This document shows positions 1-9,531 of a stretch of 64,000 bases of DNA, piece after piece. A model generated the notes under the pieces. It made no database searches. It was given only the letters and a program-made list of their open reading frames with translations, and was not told where the DNA came from. A program made the position numbers and the translations under genes. The stretch spans positions 256,001 through 320,000 of the forward strand of contig CBDCQT010000007.1 of NCBI GenBank assembly GCA_965220745.1, read 5' to 3'. The DNA is from Alphaproteobacteria bacterium. GTDB taxonomy: Bacteria; Pseudomonadota; Alphaproteobacteria; UBA828. Positions within the stretch are counted from its first letter, which is position 1. Each line of letters opens with the position of its first letter.

Positions 1-1186
1 CGGCGGTGGTCTCTTCCGGTAGCCGCCCACGCTGGTCGCGCATCTTGCTGGCGAGCTGCCAGCAGCGCGTGATCACCTCGTTGATCCGCCCCATGCCCTG
101 GCTGTCGGAGCCGAACATCGAGACCGAGCCGATATCGTGCAGCACGTCCTCGGCGGCGATGGTGCCGTGGCGCACCCGGCTCTCGGCGAAGGCCACGTCC
201 TCCGGCAGGTCGAAGCGCAGCAGGTGGCAAGCCATGGTCATGTCGAGCTGCTCGTCGAAGACGTTGACCGTGTAGGGGTTGGTCGGATTGGTCGAGGACG
301 GCAGGCAGTGCGGCTCGCCGTTGCAGCGGATGATGTCGGGTGCATGGCCGCCGCCGGAGCCTTCCGTGTGATACATGTGGATGGTGCGGCCTGCGATCGC
401 CGCCATCGTGTCCTCGTAGAAGCCCGATTCGTTCAGCGTGTCGGTGTGGATCTGGACAGGGAAGTCATGCTCGGCCGAGGCGCGCAGGCAGGCGTCGATG
501 GTGGCCGGCATGGCGCCGTAGTCCTCGTGGATCTTGACGCCGATGATGGCGCCGTCGAGGTGCTCTGCGACGGTCGCGGGATCGTGGGACGAGCCGCGGC
601 CGAAGAAGCCGAAATTGATCGGCCACGCCTCCGACGCCTCATGCATGCGGTAGGTGTTCCAGGGACCACCGCAGTCGATGGCGAAGAGCGGCCCCATGGT
701 GCCGCCGATCATGGTGGTGAGGCCGCTGGCCAGCGCGTGGTTGCACTGCTCCGCCGACATCCAGTGGACGTGCACGTCGATGCCGCCTGGCGTCACGATG
801 AGGCCGCCGGCCGGGTAGTAGGTGGTGTTGGGGCCGCAGACGAGATTGGGGTCCACGCCGTCTTGCGTGTTGGGATTGCCAGCCTTGCCGACGCCCGCGA
901 TCTTGCCGTCCTTGATGCCAATGTCGGCCTTCACCAGGCCGAGCACGGGATCGATGACGGTGGCGTTCTCCACCAGCATGTCGATGGCGCCGTCGGCGGC
1001 TGAGGTGTGGGCGTCGTAGGACATGCCGTCCCGCATCACCCGGCCAGCGCCGGTCCAGCATTCGTCGCCATAAGAGGTGTGGTCGTGCTCGATCTCGCCG
1101 ATCAGCGAGGTATCGCCGAGCCTGATCTTGTCGCCCTTGGTCGGCCCGTAGTAGCGGGCATAGGTCTCGCGCGCGATCTTCACCAT
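1..1186 (-). CDS. ureC: Urease alpha subunit (divergent); C-terminus runs off the window start
   Basis: Manual translation from ATG 1186: [26 protein letters not shown]...GGIDVHVH...VKIHEDYG...[11 protein letters not shown]...[13 protein letters not shown]...PSSTNPT...GSDSQGMGR. All six Ni-ligand positions are present. Absent from the ORF track because there is no stop in the window. Confidence 0.93.
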   Translation of the reverse strand, partial: MVKIARETYARYYGPTKGDKIRLGDTSLIGEIEHDHTSYGDECWTGAGRVMRDGMSYDAHTSAADGAIDMLVENATVIDPVLGLVKADIGIKDGKIAGVGKAGNPNTQDGVDPNLVCGPNTTYYPAGGLIVTPGGIDVHVHWMSAEQCNHALASGLTTMIGGTMGPLFAIDCGGPWNTYRMHEASEAWPINFGFFGRGSSHDPATVAEHLDGAIIGVKIHEDYGAMPATIDACLRASAEHDFPVQIHTDTLNESGFYEDTMAAIAGRTIHMYHTEGSGGGHAPDIIRCNGEPHCLPSSTNPTNPYTVNVFDEQLDMTMACHLLRFDLPEDVAFAESRVRHGTIAAEDVLHDIGSVSMFGSDSQGMGRINEVITRCWQLASKMRDQRGRLPEETTA

Positions 1187-1190
1187 CTGC

Positions 1191-1886
1191 CTACGCTCCC
1201 CGGAATCCGCCCGCCTTGGCGCGGGCGATCGCCTGCTCCTTGACCGCAGGCGCGTCGATCATGCCCTCGGTGAGGGAATTGAAGCCGCTGACCCGGCCGC
1301 GGCCGCCGAACTCCACCAGCGCCACCTCCTTCTGTTGGCCCGGCTCGAAGCGGACGGCGGTGCCGGACGGGATGTCGAGACGCATGCCGAAAGTCGCCTG
1401 CCGGTCGAATTCGAGCGCCCGGTTGACTTCGAAGAAGTGGAAGTGGCTGCCGATCTGCACCGGGCGATCGCCGGTGTTGGTGACGGTGACCGAGCCGGTT
1501 CTCCGGCCTGCGTTCAGCTCGATTTCCTCGTCCGGCGTGATGATCTCGCCGGCACGAGGGGCGGGCGCGGTCTCGGCCTTACCTGGGCGGATCGGCTGAT
1601 GCACCGTGATGAGCTTGGTGCCGTCAGGGAACATCGCCTCGACGTGGATCACCGGAACCAGCTCGGGCACGCCGGGCAAGACGTCGTCCGACGTGAGGAT
1701 CTCCGCGCCGTAGCCCATGAGATCCTTGAGCGAGCGGCCCTCGCGGGCGCACATCAGGAGCTCGTCGCAGATATAGGCGAGGGCCTCAGGGTGACTCAGC
1801 TTGATGCCGCGGCGCCTGTGCTCGCGCGCGAGCTGGGCGGCCGTGAAGATGGTGAGCCGCTCCTTCTCCGTCGGATTGAGGTTCAT
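1191..1886 (-). CDS. ureAB: Fused urease gamma/beta subunit
   Basis: [11 protein letters not shown]...[14 protein letters not shown] (gamma) continuous with [21 protein letters not shown]...[14 protein letters not shown] (beta); GGAG upstream of ATG 1886. Confidence 0.93.
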   Translation of the reverse strand: MNLNPTEKERLTIFTAAQLAREHRRRGIKLSHPEALAYICDELLMCAREGRSLKDLMGYGAEILTSDDVLPGVPELVPVIHVEAMFPDGTKLITVHQPIRPGKAETAPAPRAGEIITPDEEIELNAGRRTGSVTVTNTGDRPVQIGSHFHFFEVNRALEFDRQATFGMRLDIPSGTAVRFEPGQQKEVALVEFGGRGRVSGFNSLTEGMIDAPAVKEQAIARAKAGGFRGA

Positions 1887-2011
1887 CGGCCGTCGTCTCC
1901 CTTTTGCGTCCCGTGACCAGAGTAGTCGCCGGACCGCGCGGAAAACAGCCGAATTTGCCGCCACTCCGGGCTTGCATAGACTCGGGCGTTCGCCAGGAGG
2001 GAGCCCGGTCA

Positions 2012-3025
2012 ATGATCGCCAACGCCAGCCGCCAGATCGTCCTCGCCGCCCGCCCGGAAGGGGCGCCGAAGGAGACAGATTTCCGCCTCGTCGAGGCGCC
2101 GGTGCCCGAGCCGGCAGAGGGCGAGCTGCTGGTTCGGACGATCTGGCTCTCCCTCGACCCCTACATGCGGCTCAGGATGGGCACGGACCTGCGCTACTAC
2201 CCGCCGATTCCGCTCGGCGACGCGATCGTGGGTGGTGCGGTCAGCCGCGTGGTGGAGAGCCGTCATCAGGGCTTCGCGCCCGGCGACATCATCGACGACT
2301 ACACGGGCTGGCAGGACTACGCCATCGCGCAAGGTGCCAGCGCGCGCAAGGTAGACCCGGCGCTGGGGCCGCTCTCCACCGCCATCGGCATCCTCGGCAT
2401 GCCGGGGCTCACCGCCTATCTCGGGCTGGTCAAGGTCGGCCGCCCCGCGCCGGGCGATACGGTCGTGATCTCGGCGGCGGCGGGCGCGGTCGGCGCGGTC
2501 GCGGGCCAGGTGGCGAAGATCGCTGGCTGCCGGGTGGTCGGCATCGCGGGCGGGGCGGAGAAGCTGCGTTACCTCACACAAGAGCTCGGGTTCGACGAGG
2601 CCATCGACCGCCACACGGACGACCTGCCGGGCGCCCTTGCCCAAGCCTGCCCGGACGGCATCGACGTCTACTTCGAGAACGTCGGCGGGCCCATCGGCGA
2701 TGCGATCTATCCCCTGCTCGCCCACGGCGCGCGCGTGGTGATCTGCGGCGGCATCTCCCACTACAACGCGACCGAGCCACCCAGGGTCGCGAGCCACCTC
2801 GCGCCCATCCTCTTCACCGAGACTGAGGTGAAGGGCTTCAACATCTTCTCCTACGGCGCACAGTACGAGCACGCGCGCAAGCGCCTCGCCCGTTGGCTCG
2901 CCGACGGCCGCCTCGCCTTCAAGGAGGACATCGTGGAGGGGCTGGAAAACGCGCCGCTCGCGTTTCAGCGCCTCTTCGACGGGCGCAACTTCGGCAAGCT
3001 GCTGGTCAGAGTCTCGGAGGAATAA
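2012..3025 (+). CDS. NADP-dependent oxidoreductase, MDR/prostaglandin reductase-like (CurA/YncB family)
   Basis: [44 protein letters not shown]; GGAGG RBS before ATG 2012. Confidence 0.9.
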   Translation: MIANASRQIVLAARPEGAPKETDFRLVEAPVPEPAEGELLVRTIWLSLDPYMRLRMGTDLRYYPPIPLGDAIVGGAVSRVVESRHQGFAPGDIIDDYTGWQDYAIAQGASARKVDPALGPLSTAIGILGMPGLTAYLGLVKVGRPAPGDTVVISAAAGAVGAVAGQVAKIAGCRVVGIAGGAEKLRYLTQELGFDEAIDRHTDDLPGALAQACPDGIDVYFENVGGPIGDAIYPLLAHGARVVICGGISHYNATEPPRVASHLAPILFTETEVKGFNIFSYGAQYEHARKRLARWLADGRLAFKEDIVEGLENAPLAFQRLFDGRNFGKLLVRVSEE

Positions 3026-3045
3026 CCCGCCTACGACTACGGGCG

Positions 3046-3720
3046 CTACTCGTGGCCGTGGACGTGATCCTGGCCGACGCGGATGCAGACCGGCACGGGC
3101 CGGTCTCTGTCGGGGTCCGGGGGTGAATCGTACATGTGCTCCAGCTCTTCGAGCACGACGGCGGTGATGTAGGGTATCGGCAGGTCCATGGCCTCGGTCA
3201 CCGGCACCCAGCCAAGGTCGAGCAGCTCACCGTTGCCGCCGAGGGTGCCCACCGTGTCCTCGGCGCGCGCCAGGAAGAACCGGGCATTGAAGCGGCGCGG
3301 CAGCCCTGGCGGCGTCACCGCGCGGTAGATGTAATCCAGCCTGTCCAGCGCGGGCGCCACTCCGGTGGCGTGGAAGGCCTGCCACTCGGGCCTGACGCGG
3401 CCGTTCGCCGCCAGCGCCTGGAGCCCGAGCGCGAGTCCGGTCTCCTCGAAGGTCTCGCGCACGGCCGCGGCGGCCAGCGAGCGGGCGCGCCCCGGTGTGC
3501 ATGCGCGCGCAAGCCGCGCGGCGACCGCCGGCTTGAGCTCCGTTGCCGGGCGCACCCAGCGGTCGCAGGGCTCGACGCCGCCGCCGGGAAACACGTACTG
3601 ATCCGGCATGAAAACACTGCGGCGGGGGCGGCGGCCCATCAGGACCTCGGGCCCATTCGCCCCGTCGTGCACCAGGACCAGCGTGGCGGCGTCTTTCGGT
3701 CGGGGACTCCGACGGTTCAC
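3046..3720 (-). CDS. NUDIX hydrolase
   Basis: DAATLVL...YVFPGGGV...AAVRETFEETG Nudix box, RRFNARFF; start uncertain (GTG 3720). Confidence 0.85.
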   Translation of the reverse strand: MNRRSPRPKDAATLVLVHDGANGPEVLMGRRPRRSVFMPDQYVFPGGGVEPCDRWVRPATELKPAVAARLARACTPGRARSLAAAAVRETFEETGLALGLQALAANGRVRPEWQAFHATGVAPALDRLDYIYRAVTPPGLPRRFNARFFLARAEDTVGTLGGNGELLDLGWVPVTEAMDLPIPYITAVVLEELEHMYDSPPDPDRDRPVPVCIRVGQDHVHGHE

Positions 3721-3950
3721 GTCATATTCGCTCCGTAGCGCGGCGGCGCATCTTACGCGCAAGCGCCAGCAATGCCGATGGTGGATCGGCGTCTCACTAG
3801 CCTAGCGGCGAACATTGCGCCCCGGCGGCGTTTCCGTTACCTCTCAAGGCTGTGCGGAAGGACCAAGGCACGGCGGGCCGGCATGGACGAGAGCGGCATG
3901 GCGGGCACGGTTGCTGACCCCGCCGGCGGCCCGGCGGTGAAGGTGCGCGC

Positions 3951-4865
3951 ATGACGGTTGCCGCGCGCCGGGAGCCGCAATTCACCCACCGCGCGAGCAT
4001 CTTCGCCGACCGGCACTTCAAGTGGCTGGTGATCGCGCCGGCAATCATCGTGCTCCTGCTGATCGGCCTCTATCCGCTGGTTCACACCGCCATCGTCAGC
4101 TTCCAGGATATCACCATGCTGGCCGAGGACACCTCCTGGTCCGGCGGCAAGCACTACGCGGCGCTCTTCTCTGACACGCGGCTCTGGGAATCGATCGGCC
4201 ACACCTTCCTGATCCTAGCCATCGCGCTCCCCATCGAGCTGGTTCTGGGCCTGCTGATGGCGCAGCTCTTCCTCGAAAAGATGCCGCTCAAGCAGGTATT
4301 CATCGCGCTCCTGATCATCCCGACCGTGATCTCGCCGATCGTCGCGGGCTCCACCTGGCGGCTGATGTTCGACAACCAGTACGGGCCGATCAACCAGATC
4401 ATCGGCTGGTTCTCGTCGGACCCTGTGGCGATCCTCTGGCTCTCACGGCCGGAATGGGTCTATCCGGCGATCCTGGTCTGCGAGGTGTGGCAGTGGACGC
4501 CGTTCATGTTCCTGATTCTGCTGGCCGCGCTCTCCAACGTCGACCGCAGCCTGATCGAGGCGGCTGAGATCGACGGCGCCTCGTTCTGGAAGATCTTCTT
4601 CAAGATCACGCTTCCGGTGATCAAGCCGGTGCTGATCATCGCCATCCTGATCCGCGCGCTCGATCTCTTCCGCATCTTCGACATCATCTGGGCGATGACC
4701 AAAGGCGGACCCGGTACGATGACCGAGACGATCTCGATTTACACCTACATCCGGGCCTTCAAGGAGTTCGAGACGAGCTATGCGGGCGCGATCGCCTTCC
4801 TGGTAATCATTCTGCTTTCGATCATCGTCATATTCGCGCTCAAGCGGGTGGAGATCGCCCGATGA
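3951..4865 (+). CDS. Carbohydrate ABC transporter permease (CUT1)
   Basis: Hydrophobic helices, EVWQWTPF, EAAEIDGA (EAA loop), TKGGPG. Confidence 0.92.
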   Translation: MTVAARREPQFTHRASIFADRHFKWLVIAPAIIVLLLIGLYPLVHTAIVSFQDITMLAEDTSWSGGKHYAALFSDTRLWESIGHTFLILAIALPIELVLGLLMAQLFLEKMPLKQVFIALLIIPTVISPIVAGSTWRLMFDNQYGPINQIIGWFSSDPVAILWLSRPEWVYPAILVCEVWQWTPFMFLILLAALSNVDRSLIEAAEIDGASFWKIFFKITLPVIKPVLIIAILIRALDLFRIFDIIWAMTKGGPGTMTETISIYTYIRAFKEFETSYAGAIAFLVIILLSIIVIFALKRVEIAR

Positions 4866-5737
4866 CGGCGGCCGACACACCCACCCCTCAGCCGAGCAGT
4901 CGGTGGCCGCGCTGGCTCACCCGCGAGCGCCGGCGTATGGCCTGGCGCTTCCTGATCGCGCTGGTGGTGCTGGTGTTCTTCCTCTTCCCGGTCTACTGGC
5001 TCTTCATCACCTCGATCAAATCAGCAGGCGACATCTTCGCCCGCCCGCCGGTCTGGTTCCCCGAGCAACCCAGCTTTCGCATCTTCGGGGTGCTGTTCAA
5101 GGATGGCGACGTCTGGGCCATCTACAACAGCTTGATCATCGCCAGCGTCTCGACTGTTGCCGCCATGATCCTCGGCACCGCGGCCGCCTACTCCCTCGCG
5201 CGCTTCAAGACCGGCGGACAGAACCTCGCGATCTGGATCATCTCGCAGCGGATGATCCCGCCCATCGTCATCGTCTTCCCGATCTTCCTGCTGTTCGTCT
5301 GGTTCGGCTGGATCGACAGCTACGTCGGGCTGATCCTGCTCTATATCGCGTTCAACCTGCCCTACGTGATCTGGATGATGCGCGGCTACATCGAGGACAT
5401 TCCGGTCGAGGTGGAGGAGAGCGCGCTGACCGACGGCTGCTCGCGCTGGCAGGCGCTGCGCAAGATCGTCTTCCCCATGGCGCGCACCGGCATCTTCGCG
5501 ACGGCGGTGTTCACCTTCATCTTCGCGTGGAACGAGTTCGTCTTCGCACTGATCCTGACCCGCACGGAGGTGCTTACCTTCCCCGTGCTGGTCACCCATT
5601 ATTACGGCGCCCAGTCGACCTTCTGGTCGAAGATCGCGGCGCTCTCGGTGCTCGGCACGCTCCCGGTGTTCTTCGCGGTGGCGACGCTGCAGCGCTTCCT
5701 GGTGCGCGGTATCACCATGGGCGCGGTCAAGGGGTAG
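4862..5737 (+). CDS. Carbohydrate ABC transporter permease (CUT1)
   Basis: EESALTDG loop, FIFAWNEF, GITMGAVKG C-terminus; ATGA overlap with the upstream permease. Confidence 0.92.
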   Translation: MTAADTPTPQPSSRWPRWLTRERRRMAWRFLIALVVLVFFLFPVYWLFITSIKSAGDIFARPPVWFPEQPSFRIFGVLFKDGDVWAIYNSLIIASVSTVAAMILGTAAAYSLARFKTGGQNLAIWIISQRMIPPIVIVFPIFLLFVWFGWIDSYVGLILLYIAFNLPYVIWMMRGYIEDIPVEVEESALTDGCSRWQALRKIVFPMARTGIFATAVFTFIFAWNEFVFALILTRTEVLTFPVLVTHYYGAQSTFWSKIAALSVLGTLPVFFAVATLQRFLVRGITMGAVKG

Positions 5738-5747
5738 GAGGAGCGCG

Positions 5748-6845
5748 ATGGCCGGAGTCAGGCTGCGCGGCGTGCACAAGCGTTTCGGCAAGGTCCATGC
5801 CGTGCGCGGGGTGGACATCGAGATTCCCGACCGCGCGTTCACCGTGCTGGTCGGGCCGTCCGGCTGCGGCAAGAGCACGCTGCTCCGCATGATCGCCGGC
5901 CTGGAAGAGGTAACCGAAGGCACGGTGGAGATTGACGGTGAGATGGTCAACGACGTCCGGCCCAAGGACCGGGACGTCGCCATGGTGTTTCAGAACTATG
6001 CACTCTACCCGCACATGTCGGTGTTCGAGAACGTGGCCTTCGGGCTCAGGATGCGGAACGCGCCCAGTGCCGAGATTCGCCCGCGGGTGGAGCGGGCGGC
6101 GGCGATGCTGGGGATCGCGGACCTGCTCGAGCGCCAGCCGCGCCAGCTCTCCGGCGGTCAGCGCCAGCGGGTCGCCATGGGCCGCGCTCTGGTGCGGGAC
6201 GCGAAGCTCTATCTCTTCGACGAGCCGCTCAGCAACCTCGACGCCCAGCTGCGCGACGAGATGCGCACCGAGATCAAGCGGCTGCATCAGGAGATGCGGC
6301 GCACCATGATTTACGTCACCCACGATCAGGTGGAGGCGATGACCCTCGCCGACCGCATCGTGCTGCTGCGCGAGGGCGAGATCGAGCAGGAGGGCCCGCC
6401 GCTGGAGCTCTACGAGCAGCCGCAGACCCGCTTCGTCGCGGGCTTCATCGGCTCGCCGGCGATGAACTTCACCCCGGCACGGATCGAGGCGGCGGACGGC
6501 GCGCTCGCGGTTCGGGCCGGAGAGCACGCCTTCGCTCTGCCGCCCGCGCGGGCCGAGCGCCACGCGGGCGACGGCGGGCGCGAGGTGCTGCTCGGTATCA
6601 GGCCCGAGCACATGTACCGGGCCGAGGGCGAGGCGGCCCGGCCCGACTGCGCCAGACTCGAGACGACGGTCGAGATTGTCGAGCCCATGGGCGCCAACAC
6701 GCTCGTCAACTTCCACCTGGGCGAGACCTCGATGCTCGTGCGCCTCGACGGCTCCGCCGGCGAGCAGCCGGGGGATTCACTCCCGCTCGACCTGGACATG
6801 AGCCGGGCCGTCCTCGTCGATCCCGAGAGCGAACGGGTGATCTGA
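5748..6845 (+). CDS. MalK/UgpC-type ABC ATP-binding protein
   Basis: GPSGCGKS, VFQNYALYPHM, LSGGQRQR, FDEPLSNLDA, YVTHDQVEA, TOBE-like C-terminus. Confidence 0.95.
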   Translation: MAGVRLRGVHKRFGKVHAVRGVDIEIPDRAFTVLVGPSGCGKSTLLRMIAGLEEVTEGTVEIDGEMVNDVRPKDRDVAMVFQNYALYPHMSVFENVAFGLRMRNAPSAEIRPRVERAAAMLGIADLLERQPRQLSGGQRQRVAMGRALVRDAKLYLFDEPLSNLDAQLRDEMRTEIKRLHQEMRRTMIYVTHDQVEAMTLADRIVLLREGEIEQEGPPLELYEQPQTRFVAGFIGSPAMNFTPARIEAADGALAVRAGEHAFALPPARAERHAGDGGREVLLGIRPEHMYRAEGEAARPDCARLETTVEIVEPMGANTLVNFHLGETSMLVRLDGSAGEQPGDSLPLDLDMSRAVLVDPESERVI

Positions 6846-6856
6846 AGTCGTCTGAG

Positions 6857-7732
6857 TTAACCGGTGGCGGACAGCGTACCGATGCCGGCAATCACGATGG
6901 CGACGCCCAGCCACTGAAGCGGCACCACCGGCTCGCGCAGGAAGATCCGCGCCAGAATGATCGTCACCACCGAATAGGCCGAGCTTGTGACGATGGCGAA
7001 CTCCCCGTTCTCCAGCGCGAGCCCGGCGTAGACGAAGACGTAGCCGAGCGTATCCACGAGCGCGATAAAGAGAATCAGCGGCCATGCGCGGAGCGGCATA
7101 TGCGGTAGCCTGCGCATGACCAGGAAGCCCGCCCCGAGCGCGACAGCGCCGACAATCCGTCCCGAGAGCAGCGTGAGCGGGAGGCCGTAGCGCTCGATCG
7201 CTTCGTCGGCGGCGAGCAGGGCGACGGCGAAGAGCACCGCCGAGCCGAGCGCCATTAGAGCGGCGCGCCGTATCACCGCCGGTGCGTATTCCGGCTTGTC
7301 GCCGCCGTCAACGCGCGAGACCGCGAGCGCCACCAGCCAGACCCCGCCGATCGTGGCTGCCATCGCGATCCAGTGGATGATCTCTGGTCGGGCGCCGAAG
7401 GCGACCGTTATCGGCACCGCGAACGCCGGGTAGCTGGAGACCATGGGCGAGCCGAGCGAGACCGGGCCGCGGGTCAGCGCCTCGAACAGCATAAGCGTTG
7501 CCAGCATTGTGGCGACGCCGTTGAGGGCCAGCAGCCAGAGCCCGGACAGCTCCCAGACCAGCGTCTCGCCGCTCACCACGATGTAGAGCCCGACCGCGAG
7601 GCTGCCGACCAGCATCATGCCGAACAGCCCCTGCGGCACGCCGATCGCGCGGCCAAGGAAGCGTGCCGTGAAGTCGCCGACGCCCCAGCTCGCGGCGGCG
7701 CCTGCGCCCATGAGCGCCGAGCCGGCGATCAT
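6857..7732 (-). CDS. DMT/EamA family transporter
   Basis: About ten hydrophobic segments, GPVSLGSP, ILARIFLREPV. Confidence 0.82.
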   Translation of the reverse strand: MIAGSALMGAGAAASWGVGDFTARFLGRAIGVPQGLFGMMLVGSLAVGLYIVVSGETLVWELSGLWLLALNGVATMLATLMLFEALTRGPVSLGSPMVSSYPAFAVPITVAFGARPEIIHWIAMAATIGGVWLVALAVSRVDGGDKPEYAPAVIRRAALMALGSAVLFAVALLAADEAIERYGLPLTLLSGRIVGAVALGAGFLVMRRLPHMPLRAWPLILFIALVDTLGYVFVYAGLALENGEFAIVTSSAYSVVTIILARIFLREPVVPLQWLGVAIVIAGIGTLSATG

Positions 7733-7802
7733 TGCGTACCCGATCCGCCCGCGCCGACTGGATGGCGAGAGGCCACCGCGCTCTCGTTCGTAACCGTGGC
7801 GC

Positions 7803-8483
7803 TCAGGACTCGCCGATCTCGCCCAGAATTTCGTCGGCCGGGATGACACGCGCGTAGCCGCGCCGCAGCGTTTTCAGCTCCGCCTCGTGCAGCTCCCGGT
7901 TGTCGGTCGCGGTCACGTCACTGCCGAAGATGACCTTGTAGTCGCGAAAGAAGGCGTCCCGGGCGGTCGCGCCGCAGCAGTAATTGGTCATGCAGCCCGT
8001 GATGATCACCGTGTCCACGTCGCAGCCGCGCAAGTAAGTGTGCAGGTCCGTATCGAAGAAGGCGCTGTAGCGGTGCTTCTGGATGACCTTCTCGCCCGGC
8101 TCCGGCGCGATCTCGTGATAGGTGGGCACGTCTTCGGCGCCGATTCGGAGCGCGCCGTCCTTGATCGGCCGGTTGAGCGGCACATCCCACATCAATCCCT
8201 TGTCCCGGCCCGTGGCGTCGTGGGCGTGCTCGGTGAAGATGACGGGGATGCCGAGGGTGCGGCATCGCTCGATCAGCGCCTTGACGCGGGGCAGGATCCG
8301 CAGGTTTTCCGGGGTCCACATGCGCGCGCCCTCGGCGACGAATCCTTCCTGGAGGTCGATCACCAGCAGCGCCGTCTTGCCCGCATCGATGGGAAAGTCG
8401 GGGTTGGACGCTTCGTATTGATCGGCTGCGCGCTCGAGGATTTCCGCCTCGCCCGGAAATGCCCGATCGGCCCTGTCCGCCAT
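7803..8483 (-). CDS. Isochorismatase-family cysteine hydrolase
   Basis: TALLVIDLQ, KHRYSAF, GCMTNYCC (D-K-C triad); GGAGG RBS. Confidence 0.9.
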   Translation of the reverse strand: MADRADRAFPGEAEILERAADQYEASNPDFPIDAGKTALLVIDLQEGFVAEGARMWTPENLRILPRVKALIERCRTLGIPVIFTEHAHDATGRDKGLMWDVPLNRPIKDGALRIGAEDVPTYHEIAPEPGEKVIQKHRYSAFFDTDLHTYLRGCDVDTVIITGCMTNYCCGATARDAFFRDYKVIFGSDVTATDNRELHEAELKTLRRGYARVIPADEILGEIGES

Positions 8484-8697
8484 GCCTCCCTCCTCGCCGT
8501 TCTTCCTGAAGTCCGCCGGCTTTCGGGCCGGCTCGCGTGCGGGAGAGCGGAGAATACCCCAGATCGCCGGCGCCGCCGACGCTCCGACAGGCCGCGGCGC
8601 TCGCACCCACAAGCGCCGATACGGCGATCATGTTATGCCCAACCGATGTACGATGGCGGGGCGCCGCAGGCGCGCGACTTTGCCAAGGGTGACGGAC

Positions 8698-9531
8698 ATG
8701 CACATCGCCTGCTTGACCTTTGACTTCGACGCCGTCTCGGGCTTCATCGCTCAGGGCATGCGCTCGCCGACGCCGATCAGCCGGGGCGAGTTCGGGCTGG
8801 TCGGCACCGAGCGCATCCTGGCTTTGCTCAAGCGGCACGACATCCGGGCGACCTGGTTCATCCCAGGTCACACCATCGAGACCTATCCCGAGATGTCGGT
8901 TCGCGTCGCGGTGGCGGGGCACGAGATCGGCCATCACGGCTGGACCCACATGACGCCGGTCACCATGTCGCGCGACGAGGAGGAGGCGGGGCTCCAGCGC
9001 GGCACCGACGCCATCGTCAAGCTCTGCGGGCTGAAACCCAGAGGCTACCGCTCACCGGCCTGGGACCTGAGCGAGAACACGGTCGATCTCCTAGTTTCGC
9101 GTGGCTTCCTCTACGAGAGCAGCATGATGGGGAACGACTACACCCCCTATTTCGCGCGCACGGGCGACGTGATCGCGCTCGAGGAACCCATGCAGTTCGG
9201 GCCCGAGACCAGCCTGGTCGAGATGCCGATCAGCTGGACGCTGGACGACTACCCGCACTTCGAGTTCGTGCAGAACCAGCGCTACCGCATCCAGGGCCTG
9301 ATGCCGGCCGGCGGCGTGCTGCAGAACTGGGTGGACGACTTCGACTACATGACCCGCACGATGGAATGGGGCGTGCTCACCTACACCTGCCACCCGCTCG
9401 TGATCGGCCGCGGCCACCGCATGATGATGCTGGAGCGACTAATCGAGGCGCTGCAGGGTCTGGGCGCGGTCTTCATGACGATGGAGGACGCCGCGAACGC
9501 CTGGCTGGAGCGCACCGCGCCCTCAGGCTGA
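8698..9531 (+). CDS. Polysaccharide deacetylase family (CE4, PuuE/HpPgdA-like)
   Basis: TFDFD, ATWFIPG, HEIGHHGWTH, GYRSPAW, YTCHP. Confidence 0.87.
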   Translation: MHIACLTFDFDAVSGFIAQGMRSPTPISRGEFGLVGTERILALLKRHDIRATWFIPGHTIETYPEMSVRVAVAGHEIGHHGWTHMTPVTMSRDEEEAGLQRGTDAIVKLCGLKPRGYRSPAWDLSENTVDLLVSRGFLYESSMMGNDYTPYFARTGDVIALEEPMQFGPETSLVEMPISWTLDDYPHFEFVQNQRYRIQGLMPAGGVLQNWVDDFDYMTRTMEWGVLTYTCHPLVIGRGHRMMMLERLIEALQGLGAVFMTMEDAANAWLERTAPSG

